From an uncultured bacterium (GTDB lineage: Bacteria > UBA8481): 64,000 nucleotides of DNA. Positions 40,107-54,333 of this stretch are shown here, piece after piece. Location of the stretch: contig CAZCME010000020.1 in the NCBI GenBank assembly GCA_964499705.1, positions 1-64,000 of the forward strand, read 5' to 3'. How positions within the stretch are numbered: position 1 is the stretch's first letter; every line of letters starts with the position of its first letter. The translations under genes were made by a program, and so were the position numbers. The notes below the pieces were generated by a model. That model worked only from the letters and a program-made list of their open reading frames with translations. It did not search any database and was not told the origin of the DNA.

Positions 40107-41807
40107 GTGAATACCGACCAGGAAATCGTGGAGCGTCTCGTCGCGACGGGAAAACTCGATCACGAGGACCTCGAGCAGGCGATGAATCTTGCGGCGGAGA
40201 CATCGCAGCGTCTCCGGCGGGTGATCGTTCAGATGGGTCTCGTTTTGGAAGAGGACGTCGCGGAAGCGCTCGCCGCCGTTCATGAGATCGATGTCGTCGA
40301 TATCGCCGCCTACTCCCCCGAACCGGATATCGTCCTCCTGCTTCCGGAGGATGTGGCGATCCGAAGGATCGCGATCGCGATCGGCAGGGAAAATCATCAG
40401 CTCACCGTGGCGATGGAGAATCCCTTCGACATCGAGGCGATCGAGGAATTCGAGCATGTGACCGGGCTCCAGATCAACACGATCCTCGGCAAGGGCGGCG
40501 CGATCCTCCGGAAGCTCGGAGAGTATCACGATCATTATCGCCGCAATCTCGTCTCCAGGCTCCTGTCGGAAGTATCGGAGCCGGGCGCGGACCTGGCGAG
40601 GAGGCTGGGGCTCGAGATCGAGTCGCTGGATCAGATCGCCAAGGAAGAGTCGGACGCGGTGCGCGCCGTCCACCTCCTCATCCTCCAGGCGCTCATGGAT
40701 CGGGCGTCCGACATCCACATCGAGCCCATGGCGCAATCGCTCCGTGTCCGTTACCGGATCGACGGCGTGCTGCACGAGGCGAATCGCATCGCTTGGAATA
40801 TCGCTCCGGCCGTCCTCTCGCGCATCAAGGTCATGTCGTCGCTGAACATCGCGGAGCGGAGGCTTCCGCAGGACGGGCACTTCCACCTGACGATCGAGCA
40901 TCGCGCCATCGATTTCCGCGTCTCGATCATGCCGACGATCGTCGCGGAGAAGGCGGTCATACGGATCCTCGATCGATCCGCGGCGACGATGAGCCTGGAG
41001 ATCCTCGGTTTCGGCCCGGATCTCCTGCGTTCCATCCGGAAACTGCTGAGAGCGCCGCACGGAATTTTCCTCGTCTCCGGTCCGACCGGCAGCGGCAAGA
41101 CGACGACGCTCTACGGCGCGCTCGAATCCCTCGGCTCCCGGCTCGTCAACATCACGACCGTCGAGGATCCCGTCGAATACCAGGTGGACGGAATCACGCA
41201 GATCCAGGTCCATCCGCGTATCGGGCTCACGTTCGCCAGCGCCTTGAGATCGGTCCTCCGGCAGGATCCCGATGTCATCTTCGTCGGCGAGATCCGCGAT
41301 CCGGAGACGGCGCAGATCGCGGTTCGCGCCGCCCTGACCGGGCACCTTGTCATCGCCACGGTACACACGAACGACGCCTCCACCGCCGTGGCGCGCCTCC
41401 TGGACATGGAAATCGAGCCCTATCTCATCGCCTCGTCTCTGCGCGGCGTCCTGGGCCAGAGGCTCGTCAGGAATCTCTGCCGGAACTGCCTCACACCCGC
41501 GCGCGTCAAGCCGGAGCGATTGCGCGAGGTCGGCTTCACGGATGAAGAAGGCGCGATGCTCATGCGCGGCATCGGTTGCGCGCACTGTTTCGGTACAGGA
41601 TACAGGGGTCGGTCGGCGATCGCGGAGCTCATGATTCCCGACGCGGAGCTCCAGGATCTCATCACCGAACGCAGGCCCGCCGCAGAAATTCGCCGCGCGG
41701 CGATCGCCCGGGGATTCCAGACGATCCGATCCGACGGGCTCCGCGCCGTGCGCGCTCACGAGACGACGCTGGATGAAGTGTTGGCCGTGACCGAGGAGAT
41801 CGAGTAA
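40107..41807 (+). CDS. GspE/PilB secretion-pilus assembly ATPase
   Basis: 'ASDIHIEP', 'GPTGSGKTTT', 'LRQDPDVIFVGEIRD', CxxC...CxxC. Confidence 0.93.
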   Translation: MNTDQEIVERLVATGKLDHEDLEQAMNLAAETSQRLRRVIVQMGLVLEEDVAEALAAVHEIDVVDIAAYSPEPDIVLLLPEDVAIRRIAIAIGRENHQLTVAMENPFDIEAIEEFEHVTGLQINTILGKGGAILRKLGEYHDHYRRNLVSRLLSEVSEPGADLARRLGLEIESLDQIAKEESDAVRAVHLLILQALMDRASDIHIEPMAQSLRVRYRIDGVLHEANRIAWNIAPAVLSRIKVMSSLNIAERRLPQDGHFHLTIEHRAIDFRVSIMPTIVAEKAVIRILDRSAATMSLEILGFGPDLLRSIRKLLRAPHGIFLVSGPTGSGKTTTLYGALESLGSRLVNITTVEDPVEYQVDGITQIQVHPRIGLTFASALRSVLRQDPDVIFVGEIRDPETAQIAVRAALTGHLVIATVHTNDASTAVARLLDMEIEPYLIASSLRGVLGQRLVRNLCRNCLTPARVKPERLREVGFTDEEGAMLMRGIGCAHCFGTGYRGRSAIAELMIPDAELQDLITERRPAAEIRRAAIARGFQTIRSDGLRAVRAHETTLDEVLAVTEEIE

Positions 41808-41816
41808 AATAGGAAC

Positions 41817-42560
41817 ATGATCAGATCCGGCAATCCCGCGTTGAACGCGGATGTTTTCAGGGCGCTCTCGCCTTCCCGCGTCGACGAGACGATGACGCTG
41901 CAGGGAACGGTGAACAAGTCGTTCATCCTGCTCTTCTGCATCCTCGCGACGGCGACTCCGACGTGGTGGCTCTTCTATCACGGCGGCGGCGGAGCATCGA
42001 CGCTTCTCCTCATGGCCGGCGCCATCGGCGGCTTGATTCTCGCCCTGGTGACGATCTTTAAAAAGACATGGGCTCCCGTGACTGCGCCGCTGTACGCCCT
42101 CGCGGAAGGATGCGTTCTCGGAGGAATATCCGCCGTCTTCGAGGCTGCTTACGCCGGGATCGTCATCCAGGCCGTCATGCTGACGTTCGGCGTACTCTTC
42201 GCGCTTCTGGCCGCCTACACTTCAGGGTGGATCCGCGCCACGGAGAATTTCAAGCTCGGGCTCGTCGCCGCCACGGGAGGGATTTTCCTCGTCTACATGA
42301 CCTCCATGATTCTTTCGTTCTTCGGAATGTCGATTCCCTATATTCATCAGAGCGGGGCGATCGGTATCGGATTTTCACTCGTCGTCGTCGTCATCGCCGC
42401 GCTGAATCTTGTGATGGACTTCGACTTCATCGAGCAAGGCGCGGAGAATAACGCTCCGAAGTACATGGAGTGGTACGGCGCCTTCGGCCTGATGGTCACC
42501 CTGATCTGGCTCTACATGGAAATCCTGCATCTTCTCTCCAAGCTTCGCGGCAGGGACTGA
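41817..42560 (+). CDS. Bax inhibitor-1/YccA family membrane protein
   Basis: 'SGNPAL', 'MTLQGTVNK', 'APKYMEWYGAFGLMVTLIWLYMEIL'. Confidence 0.9.
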   Translation: MIRSGNPALNADVFRALSPSRVDETMTLQGTVNKSFILLFCILATATPTWWLFYHGGGGASTLLLMAGAIGGLILALVTIFKKTWAPVTAPLYALAEGCVLGGISAVFEAAYAGIVIQAVMLTFGVLFALLAAYTSGWIRATENFKLGLVAATGGIFLVYMTSMILSFFGMSIPYIHQSGAIGIGFSLVVVVIAALNLVMDFDFIEQGAENNAPKYMEWYGAFGLMVTLIWLYMEILHLLSKLRGRD

Positions 42561-42579
42561 TTCGAGAGGCCGCAGCCTC

Positions 42580-44280
42580 TCAGTTTTGCCGGACCGCCTT
42601 TTCGATCTTCGCCCAGGAATCCTTCAGGGTCACGATGCGGTTGAATACAGGCTTTCCGGCGGTGGAATCGGGATCGGAACAGAAATAGCCCGTCCGCAGG
42701 AATTGAAACCGGGCGCCGGCTTCCCTGCTTGAAAGCGAAGGTTCGACGAAACCGTTCATGACGACAAGCGAGGCCGGGTCAATGACGGCGCGGTAGTCCT
42801 CGGATTTGTCGGGGTCCGGTACCGCAAAGAGCGGTCCGTAGATCCTGAATTCCGCCGGGACGGCGTGAGGCGCGGAAATCCAGTGCAGCGTGCCCTGGAT
42901 CTTCTTTCCTGCCGGAGCTTCGCCGCCGCGTGTCGCCGGATCGTACGAACAGCGCAGTTCGATGACGCGGCCCGAAGAATCCTTCACGACGTCTTCGCAC
43001 CGGATGATGTACGCATGCTTCAGGCGCACCTCGGAGCCCGGAAACAGCCGGAAGAATTTCTTCGGCGGGTTCTCCCTGAAATCGTCCCGCTCGATCCAGA
43101 GTTCCCGCGAAAAGGGGATCGGTCTTGTTCCCGCGGAGGGATCCTCCGGATGATTTTCCGATGTGAACTCCTCCGTCTGCCCCTCGGGATAGTCGGTGAT
43201 GACGAGCTTCAAGGGATCGAGGACGGCCATGGCGCGCGGCGCGCGCTTGTTGAGATTTTCGCGGACGCAGTGTTCGAGGAACTGGATATCCACGACGCTG
43301 TCGCGCTTGGCGACCCCGATGCGGTCGCAGAAATCCCGGATCGCTTCCGGCGTATAGCCGCGCCGTCGCAGCCCGCGGATTGTCGGCATCCTGGGATCGT
43401 CCCAGCCCTTCACGAGCTTGTCCCGCACGAGCTCAAGCAGCTTCCTCTTGCTCATCACGGTGTGCGTGATGTTCAGGCGCGCGAACTCGATCTGCTGGGG
43501 ATGGTGAATGCCGAGCTCCCTGAGAAACCAGTCGTACAGCGGGCGATGGATCTCGAATTCCAGAGTGCAGATCGAATGCGTCACGCCCTCGATCGAATCC
43601 TCCAGTCCGTGCGCCCAGTCGTACATCGGGTAGATGCACCATTTATCCCCGGCGTGGGGATGCGGCGCGTGCAGGATCCTGTACATGACGGGATCGCGCA
43701 TGACGAGGTTCGGGTGAGCCATGTCGATCTTCGCCCGGAGCGTTCTCGCGCCGTCGGGAAATTCTCCGGCGCGCATCCGGCGGAAGAGATCCAGGTTCTC
43801 CGACGGTGAGCGCCCCCGCCATGGGCTCTCCTGCCCCGCCTCCGTCAGCGTCCCCCGGTATCGGGCGATTTGCTCCGCCGAGAGATCGCAGACATACGCC
43901 TTGCCGGTGCCGATGAGCCGTTCCGCGTATTCGATCATCGTCTCGAAGTAGTCCGAGGCGTAATAGAGGTGCGCGCCCCAGTCCCATCCAAGCCATTTAA
44001 CGTCATCGAGGATCGCGTCGATATACTCGCGTTCCTCTTTCACCGGATTCGTATCGTCGAACCGCATGTGGCATTCGCCGCTGAATTCCCGGGCGATTCC
44101 GAAGTCGATGGTGATGGCTTTGGCGTGGCCGATATGGAGATATCCGTTCGGTTCCGGGGGAAAACGCGTGATCACCCTGCCGCCCCACTTGTTCGATCGC
44201 AGATCCTCCGCGACGATCTCGCGGACGAAATCGGCGGCGCGTTCCTGCGGTTGTTTCGGCTCGGATCCGGGCTCGGACAT
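42580..44280 (-). CDS. glnS: Glutaminyl-tRNA synthetase
   Basis: '[17 protein letters not shown]', 'VMSKRKL', 'GWDDPRMPT'. Confidence 0.97.
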   Translation of the reverse strand: MSEPGSEPKQPQERAADFVREIVAEDLRSNKWGGRVITRFPPEPNGYLHIGHAKAITIDFGIAREFSGECHMRFDDTNPVKEEREYIDAILDDVKWLGWDWGAHLYYASDYFETMIEYAERLIGTGKAYVCDLSAEQIARYRGTLTEAGQESPWRGRSPSENLDLFRRMRAGEFPDGARTLRAKIDMAHPNLVMRDPVMYRILHAPHPHAGDKWCIYPMYDWAHGLEDSIEGVTHSICTLEFEIHRPLYDWFLRELGIHHPQQIEFARLNITHTVMSKRKLLELVRDKLVKGWDDPRMPTIRGLRRRGYTPEAIRDFCDRIGVAKRDSVVDIQFLEHCVRENLNKRAPRAMAVLDPLKLVITDYPEGQTEEFTSENHPEDPSAGTRPIPFSRELWIERDDFRENPPKKFFRLFPGSEVRLKHAYIIRCEDVVKDSSGRVIELRCSYDPATRGGEAPAGKKIQGTLHWISAPHAVPAEFRIYGPLFAVPDPDKSEDYRAVIDPASLVVMNGFVEPSLSSREAGARFQFLRTGYFCSDPDSTAGKPVFNRIVTLKDSWAKIEKAVRQN

Positions 44281-44303
44281 GGGCGACAAGGATATGCCGG
44301 ATT

Positions 44304-44756
44304 TCAGCCGCTCACAACCTCGTCCATCCGGATGTCGTGCGGTTCCGCGGGCACTCTTTCAACAATCTGGCACGCGAAGCAGACTCCGATCTTGCGGCAT
44401 GTGAGCGTCGCCAGTATCCGGTCGAATGTTCCTCCGCCACGCCCGATCCTGTTTCCCGACCGGTCGAAAGCGCGTCCCGGCACCAGCGCCAGGACGACCG
44501 GAAGGTTGTCCGGTTCGAGCCGCGGCTGGTTACGATCGCCCGCGACAAGGACCAGTCGCCCCGCGATGCGCAATTCCTCGATGATCGGTGAAATATCCGG
44601 CTCGTCCTTCAGGGGTTCGTACGCCAGCACTCCCCCCTCCGCCGGAATCGTCGCCCGGATCGTTGCGCGGATGGCGCGGGATTCCGCTTCGCGATCAACG
44701 CCGGCAAGAGCCTGTCTGATCGTATGCCGGATTTCCTGCTTCATGATGCGGGACAC
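44304..44756 (-). CDS. 5-formyltetrahydrofolate cyclo-ligase
   Basis: '[22 protein letters not shown]', 'PAEPHD'; start may be ATG 44744. Confidence 0.85.
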   Translation of the reverse strand: MSRIMKQEIRHTIRQALAGVDREAESRAIRATIRATIPAEGGVLAYEPLKDEPDISPIIEELRIAGRLVLVAGDRNQPRLEPDNLPVVLALVPGRAFDRSGNRIGRGGGTFDRILATLTCRKIGVCFACQIVERVPAEPHDIRMDEVVSG

Positions 44757-44783
44757 TCACTCATTATCCGTGAATGTTCCGGT

Positions 44784-47391
<2,608 letters not shown>

Positions 47392-47399
<8 letters not shown>

Positions 47400-48786
47400 G
47401 CGGCAGCTCGATCCGGGCGACGAGGTCGACCAGTTCCGCGCCCGCGAAGAGCTCGATATTGCCCGCGCGCCGCGCGTCGATCATGGCTTCCGCGCTGAAT
47501 TGTGATACCACGATGTAGACTCCTCCGTCATACCGCTGTTCCACGACGTCGATTCTCAGATCCTCCAAGGGGAATTTCCCGACTTGATTCTCCCACCGCT
47601 TGATGCGCACCAGCTTGCGGAGCATCTTCGATTCCTCCGGCCGCTTCACGGCCAGGTCCATCGAATCGCGGTCGAATGCGATGACGCGCTCGATAGTATA
47701 TCCCCAATCGACGAGAATCTTCTCGAACAATTTGCTGAAATTTTCCTCGGAGAGTCCCCTGACATACTGGATCAGCTCCGCCGTGTTTGTCGGTTTCGGG
47801 CGGATGCCGAGCCTCCTGCAGGCGGGCGCGTAATTGGGCAGATGCACGAGCGCACGCCGCCACTCGCGACGCGCTTCCTCCGGCTTCTCCGATTTCTCCA
47901 GCATGTCGCCGATCATGCAGATGAGTTCCGCCTGCAGTTCCGGGCCGGCTTCCGGATACCGGATCACTTGCTCGATCACGTCGATCGCGCCCGCGATGTT
48001 GCCGACCTGGTCCAGCGTCGTGACGTATTCCTTCACGAGGATGATCCTGTCGAAATTCGGTCGCTCCGCGAAGAGCGGCTTGTAGATCGCCCATGCTTCG
48101 TGATGATCGCCCGCGTTGGTATGAGCCTGAGCCAGGAGCCGCGCGACGGCCGGATCGTTATGCGTCGCCTCGCGCGCGATCTTCAGGTGCGCGATGCTCT
48201 CCTCCCATTGCTGCATGCGCGTCAGGAGCTTGCCGAAGAGAAGGTGCTCGGTCGCGTCGAGCGGCATGATCGATTCCAGCTCCCGGTACAGCTCGATCGC
48301 GGTGCTGGAGTCGCCGCAGGATTCCGCGGCCTGCGAGTGAACACGCAGAAATGCCGCGCGGCTCACACGGTCCAGCTTCGTCGCGGCGGCGCGGCAGCGT
48401 TCCAGCGCCAGGAAGGCTTCCTGCATCTTGTTCAGGTGGGAGGCGATTCGCGCGCACTGCAGCCCCGCGTTGACGATGTCGTGCGGATCGAACTCCCTCG
48501 CGCCTTCATCGAGCTCCGACGGCGTCAGCGAGAAAAGGATCTCGGTCGCGTGCTCCAGCGCTTCCTCGTGCCGTCCGTCCCGTTCCAGCAGATCGGCCAG
48601 CAACCGCCGCGCGGCGACGTTCTCCGGATGATCATGGATTTCCCGCGCGAGGAGCGCGATGCTTCCTGCCCGATCACCCTTGGCATCGAGCTGTTTCGCG
48701 GCCGTGACCGCGCTCTGCCCTGAAAAGTAGAGCGCCAGTCCCATGAGGACGATCGCGGCCATGACAAGCAGAGCGATGAACGTCAT
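47392..48786 (-). CDS. Membrane-anchored TPR protein with C-terminal Mrr-like (PD-D/ExK) domain
   Basis: N-terminal TM, TPR array, then 'FSKLFEKILVDWGY...MDL...VRIKRW...GGVYIVVSQFS...IELFAGAEL'. Confidence 0.7.
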
Positions 48787-50108
48787 GGGACGATGGATCG
48801 GATCCGCACCCAGGCGATTCCGTCGTCGCGCGTGTTGATCCGGCCCTCGAGTTGAGCTTCGTACGCTTCCTCGATGATCTCCCGGAATGAGGGACCGGCC
48901 TCCAGGCCGAGCTCGATCAGCAGCTCGCCGTTCACGATCTTCGCCGGCATCGCCGCGAGCCGCCTGATTTCGTCGAGAGCGGCGCACGCTGTTTCATACG
49001 CGGACATGTCCGCGTGCGACCCGGCGCAGTCGGCGCGATGCACCTCCAGCAGCTCCTCGAAATGCGGCATCGCCGCCCAGCGCTTCAATCGCCCCGGCCG
49101 CATCTTGTCGATGTCGCCGAACTTCTGGTGCTCCAGGATGACGTCGTGCATCCGGTCGATCACCGCGTTCGATAATCGGAATCGGCGGCCGATTTTCCGG
49201 CACATCCGCGCTCCCAGTTCCGCATGACCGTGGAATCGGATCCGATCGGTCACCATGAACGTGTCCGGTTTGCCGACGTCATGCAGAAGTGCCGCCCAGG
49301 CCACGGCCGGAGAAGGATCCGGTTTCAGCTGGTCCATCACGAGGCATGTGTGGATGAAGACATCTCCCTCCGGATGGAATTGCTCCGGCTGCGCGACGTT
49401 CTTCATGCGCGTCACCTCCGGCAGGATTACCTCCAGCAATCCGCTTTCATCCAGCAGTCGAATGCCCGCTCCGGAAGGCACGCAGCAGAGGATCTTCGTC
49501 AGTTCGTCCGCGACGCGTTCCATGGCGACGCTGCTGATTTTCTTCGCGAGCGCGCGCAGCGCATTCCAGGTCCCGGGTTCGATGGTGAATCCCAGGACGT
49601 GCGCGAAACGCACGGCGCGGATGAGCCGCAGCCGGTCCTCCTCGAATCGCGCCTCGGGTTTGCCCACGGCGCGGATGATCTTCTTCGCGAGATCGTCAAG
49701 GCCGCCCGAGTGATCGATCACCTCGCCCGTCTCCACGTCCGCCGCGAGCGCGTTCACGGTGAAGTCCCGGCGGAGTATGTCTTCCTTCAGGGAGGTGAAC
49801 TCCACGAAGTCCGGCCGCCTCCCGTCGGAATACGGTCCGTCCCTGCGGAACGTGGCGACCTCGATCTCGGATCCGTGCGACCGAACCCGCATCACGCCGA
49901 ACGATTTTCCCGTCTCGTTGGCGCCCGGGAAGATCGTGAGGATGGCTTCCGGCGGCAGCGACGTGGCCACATCATAATCCTTCGGCGCGCGACCGAGGCA
50001 GAGATCCCGGACGCATCCCCCGATGAGGTAGGCCTCTCCCCCGGCTTCGTTGATTTTCCGAGCCACCGACCGCGAGGCGCGTGCATCCGGAGGAAACGAG
50101 ATTTTCAT
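48783..50108 (-). CDS. CCA/poly(A) tRNA nucleotidyltransferase with HD domain
   Basis: 'GGCVRD', 'KDYDVAT', 'RRDFTVNA', 'EDRLRLIRAVRF', 'LLHDVGKP'. Confidence 0.92.
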   Translation of the reverse strand: MKISFPPDARASRSVARKINEAGGEAYLIGGCVRDLCLGRAPKDYDVATSLPPEAILTIFPGANETGKSFGVMRVRSHGSEIEVATFRRDGPYSDGRRPDFVEFTSLKEDILRRDFTVNALAADVETGEVIDHSGGLDDLAKKIIRAVGKPEARFEEDRLRLIRAVRFAHVLGFTIEPGTWNALRALAKKISSVAMERVADELTKILCCVPSGAGIRLLDESGLLEVILPEVTRMKNVAQPEQFHPEGDVFIHTCLVMDQLKPDPSPAVAWAALLHDVGKPDTFMVTDRIRFHGHAELGARMCRKIGRRFRLSNAVIDRMHDVILEHQKFGDIDKMRPGRLKRWAAMPHFEELLEVHRADCAGSHADMSAYETACAALDEIRRLAAMPAKIVNGELLIELGLEAGPSFREIIEEAYEAQLEGRINTRDDGIAWVRIRSIVP

Positions 50109-50116
50109 GGAAGGAT

Positions 50117-50270
50117 GATAGGGGACATTCTCCCACATTGCCACATTGGGGCTGCAGGAGTTACAGATAGGGGACATTCTCCAACATTCCAACATTGGGG
50201 AAGCAGGAGTTAGAAAACAAGATTTACAACTCTTTTATTGTCAATGTTGGAATGTTGGAGAATGTCCCCT
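50117..50270. repeat. REP/REPIN-like cluster: two tandem arms (49-bp period) plus one inverted arm
   Basis: AGGGGACATTCTCCAACATTCCAACATTG 50169-50197, reverse complement 50242-50270, degenerate copy 50120-50148; same family as 23311-23432. Confidence 0.9.
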
Positions 50271-52797
50271 TGTCAAAATCGATCGTAACCTTGGCTCCCG
50301 GCTTCACGTCGCCTTTCACCATCGCCCGCGCCAGGAGCATCTCCATCTCCCGTTCCACGAAGCGCCGCAATGGACGCGCGCCGAATGCCGGATCGAACCC
50401 CGCCTCCGCGACGTGTTCCACCGCGCGGTCCGTGATCTCCACCGCGATGTCGCGCTCCATGGCGCGCTTCACCAGGTCGTTGGCGAGCAGGCGGACAATC
50501 TTCTTCACCTCCTCGGTCACGAGAGGCTTGAAGATCACGATGTCGTCGAGGCGGTTCAGGAATTCGGGACGGAATTTTTTCTTCAGCTCTGCGAGGATGT
50601 CCCGTTGAAGTTCCCCTGTGATCCTGCGCTCTTCGCGCAGATGCTCCGTGATGATTTCCGTGCCGAAGTTCGATGTCATGATGATGATCGTGTTTTTGAA
50701 GTCGACGGTGCGTCCCTGGTTGTCCGTCAACCGGCCGTCGTCCATGACTTGGAGAAAGATGTTGAAGACGTCTGGGTGAGCCTTCTCAATTTCATCGAAG
50801 AGAAGAACGGAATACGGTTTTCGTCGCACGGCTTCCGTCAACTGACCGCCTTCGTCGTATCCGACATATCCGGGAGGCGCGCCGATGAGGCGGGAGACGG
50901 AATGCTTCTCCATGTATTCCGTCATGTCGATCCGGATCACGCGGTCTTCGCTCTCGAAGAGCGTCGCCGCCAGGGTCTTCGCCAGCTCGGTCTTTCCGAC
51001 TCCGGTCGGCCCGAGGAAGAGAAAGACGCCGGCGGGCCGCCGCAGATCCTTCAATCCCGACCGCGACCGGATGATCGCGTCCGAAACGCGCGTCACGGCC
51101 TCGTCCTGGCCGACGATCCGTTGATGCAGCGTCTCCTCCAGACGCAACAGTTTCTCGCGATCGGACTCCAGGAGTTTCTCCACCGGAATCCCCGTCCACC
51201 GCGCGACGACTTCGGCGATCTCTTCCGCCGTCACGGCTTCCGTGACGAGCGTCGTCTTCCTCTCGCTCGCCGCGGAGACATGCTCGATCTCCTTCTCCAG
51301 CTTCGGGATCGTGCCGTGCTTCAGTTCCGCGGCCTTCTGCAGATCGTACGCGCGCTCGGCGGCCTCCATCTCGTGCCGCGCCTTTTCGAGCTGCTCCTTC
51401 AACGTCCGGAGCCGAGTGATGCCCTTCTTCTCCGATTCCCATTGGGCGCGCAGGCCGCATGCCTCCTCCTTCAGCTTCGCCAGCTCGCTTCGCAACGCCG
51501 TGAGTCGCTCCGCCGCGGCCTTGTCCTTCTCCGCCGCGATCGCCGTCTCCTCGATTTCGAGCTGCATGATCCTCCGGTCGAGATCGTCGAGCTCCGCGGG
51601 CAGGCTGTCGATCTCCGTCCGCACGGCGGCCCCCGCTTCATCGACGAGGTCGATGGCCTTGTCCGGTAGAAATCGATCGGCGATATAGCGATCGGAATAT
51701 TTCGCGGCGGCGATGAGCGCGGCATCGAGGATCTTCACGCCGTGATGAACCTCGAAGCGTTCCTTCAGGCCCCGGAGAATGCTCACTGTTTCCTCGATGC
51801 CCGGAGCGTCGACCGGCACGGGCTGGAAACGGCGCTCCAGGGCGGGATCCTTCTCGATATTCTTCCGGTATTCGTCGTAGGTCGTGGCGCCGATGCAGTG
51901 CAGTTCCCCGCGCGCCAGCATGGGCTTGAGGAGGTTGCCCGCGTCCATCGCTCCCTCGGTCTTGCCGGCTCCGACGATGAGATGGAGCTCGTCGATGAAC
52001 AGGAGAATCCTGCCCTCCGATCGCTTGATCTCGTCGAGAACCGCTTTAAGGCGCTCCTCGAACTCGCCGCGGTATTTCGCGCCGGCGATCAGCGCTCCCA
52101 TGTCGAGCGCGAAGATCGTCTTCTCCTTCAATCCTTCGGGCACATCGCCCCGAAAGATTCTCTGCGCGATTCCTTCGACAACCGCCGTCTTGCCGACGCC
52201 CGCCGCGCCGACGAGGACGGGATTGTTCTTCGTCCGCCGCGAAAGAATCCGGATGACGCGCCTCTGCTCGGCTTCGCGCCCGATGACGGGATCGAGCTTG
52301 CCGTCTCTAGCCAGGAGGACGAGATCGCGGCCGTATTTTTCGAGCGCTTCGTATCGCGTTTCGGGATTCTTCGTGTCGACCTTCCGCGCTCCGCGGATTT
52401 TCCGCACGGCGCCCCGGAGCGCGTCGAGCGGAATTCCGGATTCCGCATGAAGCGCCAGTAAAAGGTGCTCGACGCTCAGGTAATCGTCGCCGAAACTTTT
52501 TCTTTCGGAGTCCGCGGCCTGCATGACCACCGCGCTCCGGCGGGAGAGCGAGGGATTGCGAAGGCCCGAGCCCTCGACCCGTGGAATATTCGCGAGCGCG
52601 CCGGCGAGAGAAGCCTGGATCTTCCCGGTGTCGGCGCCCGCGGATTCCAGGATACGCGGAGCGACGGAGCCTTCGGTCTCCATGAGCGAGCTCATCAGGT
52701 GCGCCGGCTCGATCTCCTGGTGACCCGCCCGCAGCGCGCGATCGAAGGCGCCCTGCACGACGGTTTCCACCTTCTCTGTCCAGTTCTGAGGATTCAT
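50224..52797 (-). CDS. clpB: ATP-dependent chaperone ClpB
   Basis: Two AAA+ modules (GVGKT), coiled-coil middle domain, '[20 protein letters not shown]'. Confidence 0.97.
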   Translation of the reverse strand: MNPQNWTEKVETVVQGAFDRALRAGHQEIEPAHLMSSLMETEGSVAPRILESAGADTGKIQASLAGALANIPRVEGSGLRNPSLSRRSAVVMQAADSERKSFGDDYLSVEHLLLALHAESGIPLDALRGAVRKIRGARKVDTKNPETRYEALEKYGRDLVLLARDGKLDPVIGREAEQRRVIRILSRRTKNNPVLVGAAGVGKTAVVEGIAQRIFRGDVPEGLKEKTIFALDMGALIAGAKYRGEFEERLKAVLDEIKRSEGRILLFIDELHLIVGAGKTEGAMDAGNLLKPMLARGELHCIGATTYDEYRKNIEKDPALERRFQPVPVDAPGIEETVSILRGLKERFEVHHGVKILDAALIAAAKYSDRYIADRFLPDKAIDLVDEAGAAVRTEIDSLPAELDDLDRRIMQLEIEETAIAAEKDKAAAERLTALRSELAKLKEEACGLRAQWESEKKGITRLRTLKEQLEKARHEMEAAERAYDLQKAAELKHGTIPKLEKEIEHVSAASERKTTLVTEAVTAEEIAEVVARWTGIPVEKLLESDREKLLRLEETLHQRIVGQDEAVTRVSDAIIRSRSGLKDLRRPAGVFLFLGPTGVGKTELAKTLAATLFESEDRVIRIDMTEYMEKHSVSRLIGAPPGYVGYDEGGQLTEAVRRKPYSVLLFDEIEKAHPDVFNIFLQVMDDGRLTDNQGRTVDFKNTIIIMTSNFGTEIITEHLREERRITGELQRDILAELKKKFRPEFLNRLDDIVIFKPLVTEEVKKIVRLLANDLVKRAMERDIAVEITDRAVEHVAEAGFDPAFGARPLRRFVEREMEMLLARAMVKGDVKPGAKVTIDFDKGTFSNIPTLTIKEL

Positions 52798-52890
52798 GAC
52801 AATCAGTGCTTCAAGAATTATGCCATGCGAAATCGCGTTCCCATGGAATTTACCGTGTCAATATGGCGTGCCGCATCCGGTCGGATGCAA

Positions 52891-53448
52891 TTATGACTTC
52901 CGGGACTTTCTCTTCGGCGCCGGCCGCTTTTCCGCGCCATGCTTGGCGCGCGACGCAACCGCCTTCGGCTCGATGCTCTTCTTGAAGCCCGCCACCAGGT
53001 CCTGGGCCCTGTCATCCGCCGCGACAAACTCCAGGAAGCGGATGAGCCGGTCGGTCGTGATGTGGCTGACGAGATGCTCCAGCTTGCAGGAATCCTCAAG
53101 CGCGGCTTGTTCCTCCACTGCGAGAATATCGTGGAAGAATTTCAGGAACGCGGACCGCGATCCCGCGATGTTGTCCACGGCGCTCATGCCTCGCGGCGTG
53201 AAGAAGAGCATCCGGTTCTCGTCCTCGGTGATGAAGCCCTTCTCGCGGATCGCCTTCAGCGCAATGGATGCGGAGCCCTTCGTGACGCCGAGCTTCTTCG
53301 CGACGTCGGTCGCGCGCGCGTAGCCGTGCTCCTCGCGAAGCTCCGATATCGCCAGCAGGTAGTGAGCCATGCTGTGCGTCAGGGGCTGTTCCTCGAATCG
53401 TCTCCAGACTTCCGAATAACTGTGATGATGACCGTGGTTTTCGCTCAT
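52891..53448 (-). CDS. DtxR/MntR-family metal-dependent transcriptional regulator
   Basis: 'HYLLAI', '[16 protein letters not shown]', '[10 protein letters not shown]'; His-rich N-terminus; ATGA overlap with cysE. Confidence 0.88.
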   Translation of the reverse strand: MSENHGHHHSYSEVWRRFEEQPLTHSMAHYLLAISELREEHGYARATDVAKKLGVTKGSASIALKAIREKGFITEDENRMLFFTPRGMSAVDNIAGSRSAFLKFFHDILAVEEQAALEDSCKLEHLVSHITTDRLIRFLEFVAADDRAQDLVAGFKKSIEPKAVASRAKHGAEKRPAPKRKSRKS

Positions 53449-54224
53449 ATTCCCTCTCCGTCCTCGAATCCTTCCTCATCGAAGAGGGAGAGATTCAGAT
53501 CGACGCTCTTCCGTTCCTCCGGGCCGCCCACCTTGCACTGCGGCGTCGCGGCTTCCAGGAGCGCGATGCGGCGCTCGGACTGGTTCAGCTTGTCCGCCAC
53601 CGCCGTCAGCGCGCGTGCGATCGGGTCCGGCAGATCCGCATGCGCGAGCACGCCGTCGTGCCCTTTGCGCTTGACCGCTCGTCCCGGAACGCCGACGACG
53701 GTCGCGCCCTCCGGCACATCGCGAATGACGATCGAACCCGATCCGATCTTCGCTTCGGCGCCGACGATGATCGGCCCGAGAATGCACGCGTTGGATCCGA
53801 TCACGACGCGCGGCTGGATCCACGGGTGCCGCACCGTCCGTTCGACGGTCGTGCCTCCCAGGAGGACGCCCTTGTATATAATAACGTCATCTTCAATGAC
53901 AGCGGTTTCTCCGATGACGACGCCCATTCCGTGATCGATGAAGACCCGCCGCCCGATTCGCGCGCCCGGGTGGATTTCCACGCCCGTCAGGAACCGCGCG
54001 AAGTGCGAGACGATGCGCCCGAGGAGAATGAACTGCCGCCACCAGAGCGCGAACGCCAGCCGGTGGAACCAGAGCGCGTGCAGGCCGGGGTAGCAGAAGA
54101 AGACCTCGAGCCACGACCGCGCCGCCGGATCGTGCGACAGGACGGCCTGGATATCCTCGCGGATCCGCTCGATCGCGCCGACCTTGTCGAGCTTGAATTC
54201 CACTTCATCCGTCGTCCTGGGCAT
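53445..54224 (-). CDS. cysE: Serine O-acetyltransferase
   Basis: '[10 protein letters not shown]...YPGLHA', '[11 protein letters not shown]', '[13 protein letters not shown]'. Confidence 0.95.
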   Translation of the reverse strand: MPRTTDEVEFKLDKVGAIERIREDIQAVLSHDPAARSWLEVFFCYPGLHALWFHRLAFALWWRQFILLGRIVSHFARFLTGVEIHPGARIGRRVFIDHGMGVVIGETAVIEDDVIIYKGVLLGGTTVERTVRHPWIQPRVVIGSNACILGPIIVGAEAKIGSGSIVIRDVPEGATVVGVPGRAVKRKGHDGVLAHADLPDPIARALTAVADKLNQSERRIALLEAATPQCKVGGPEERKSVDLNLSLFDEEGFEDGEGI

Positions 54225-54239
54225 GGGAAAAGGATAGGG

Positions 54240-54267
54240 GATGAAGGAGGAAGTATGAAGGATGAAG
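54240..54267. repeat. Heptamer repeat GATGAAG family
   Basis: GATGAAG GAGGAAG TATGAAG GATGAAG; reverse complement of the 24967 array. Confidence 0.75.
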
Positions 54268-54333
54268 TGCGCCGCGTGGGGAATCGACTGTATCTATTGA
54301 CACTTCCGACCTTTATCGGCCATCATTTTCAGG

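Noticed and set aside
44757-44783. 6S RNA upstream of 5-formyl-THF cyclo-ligase
   Set aside because: Only ~27-40 bp separate the gene from secA, leaving no room.
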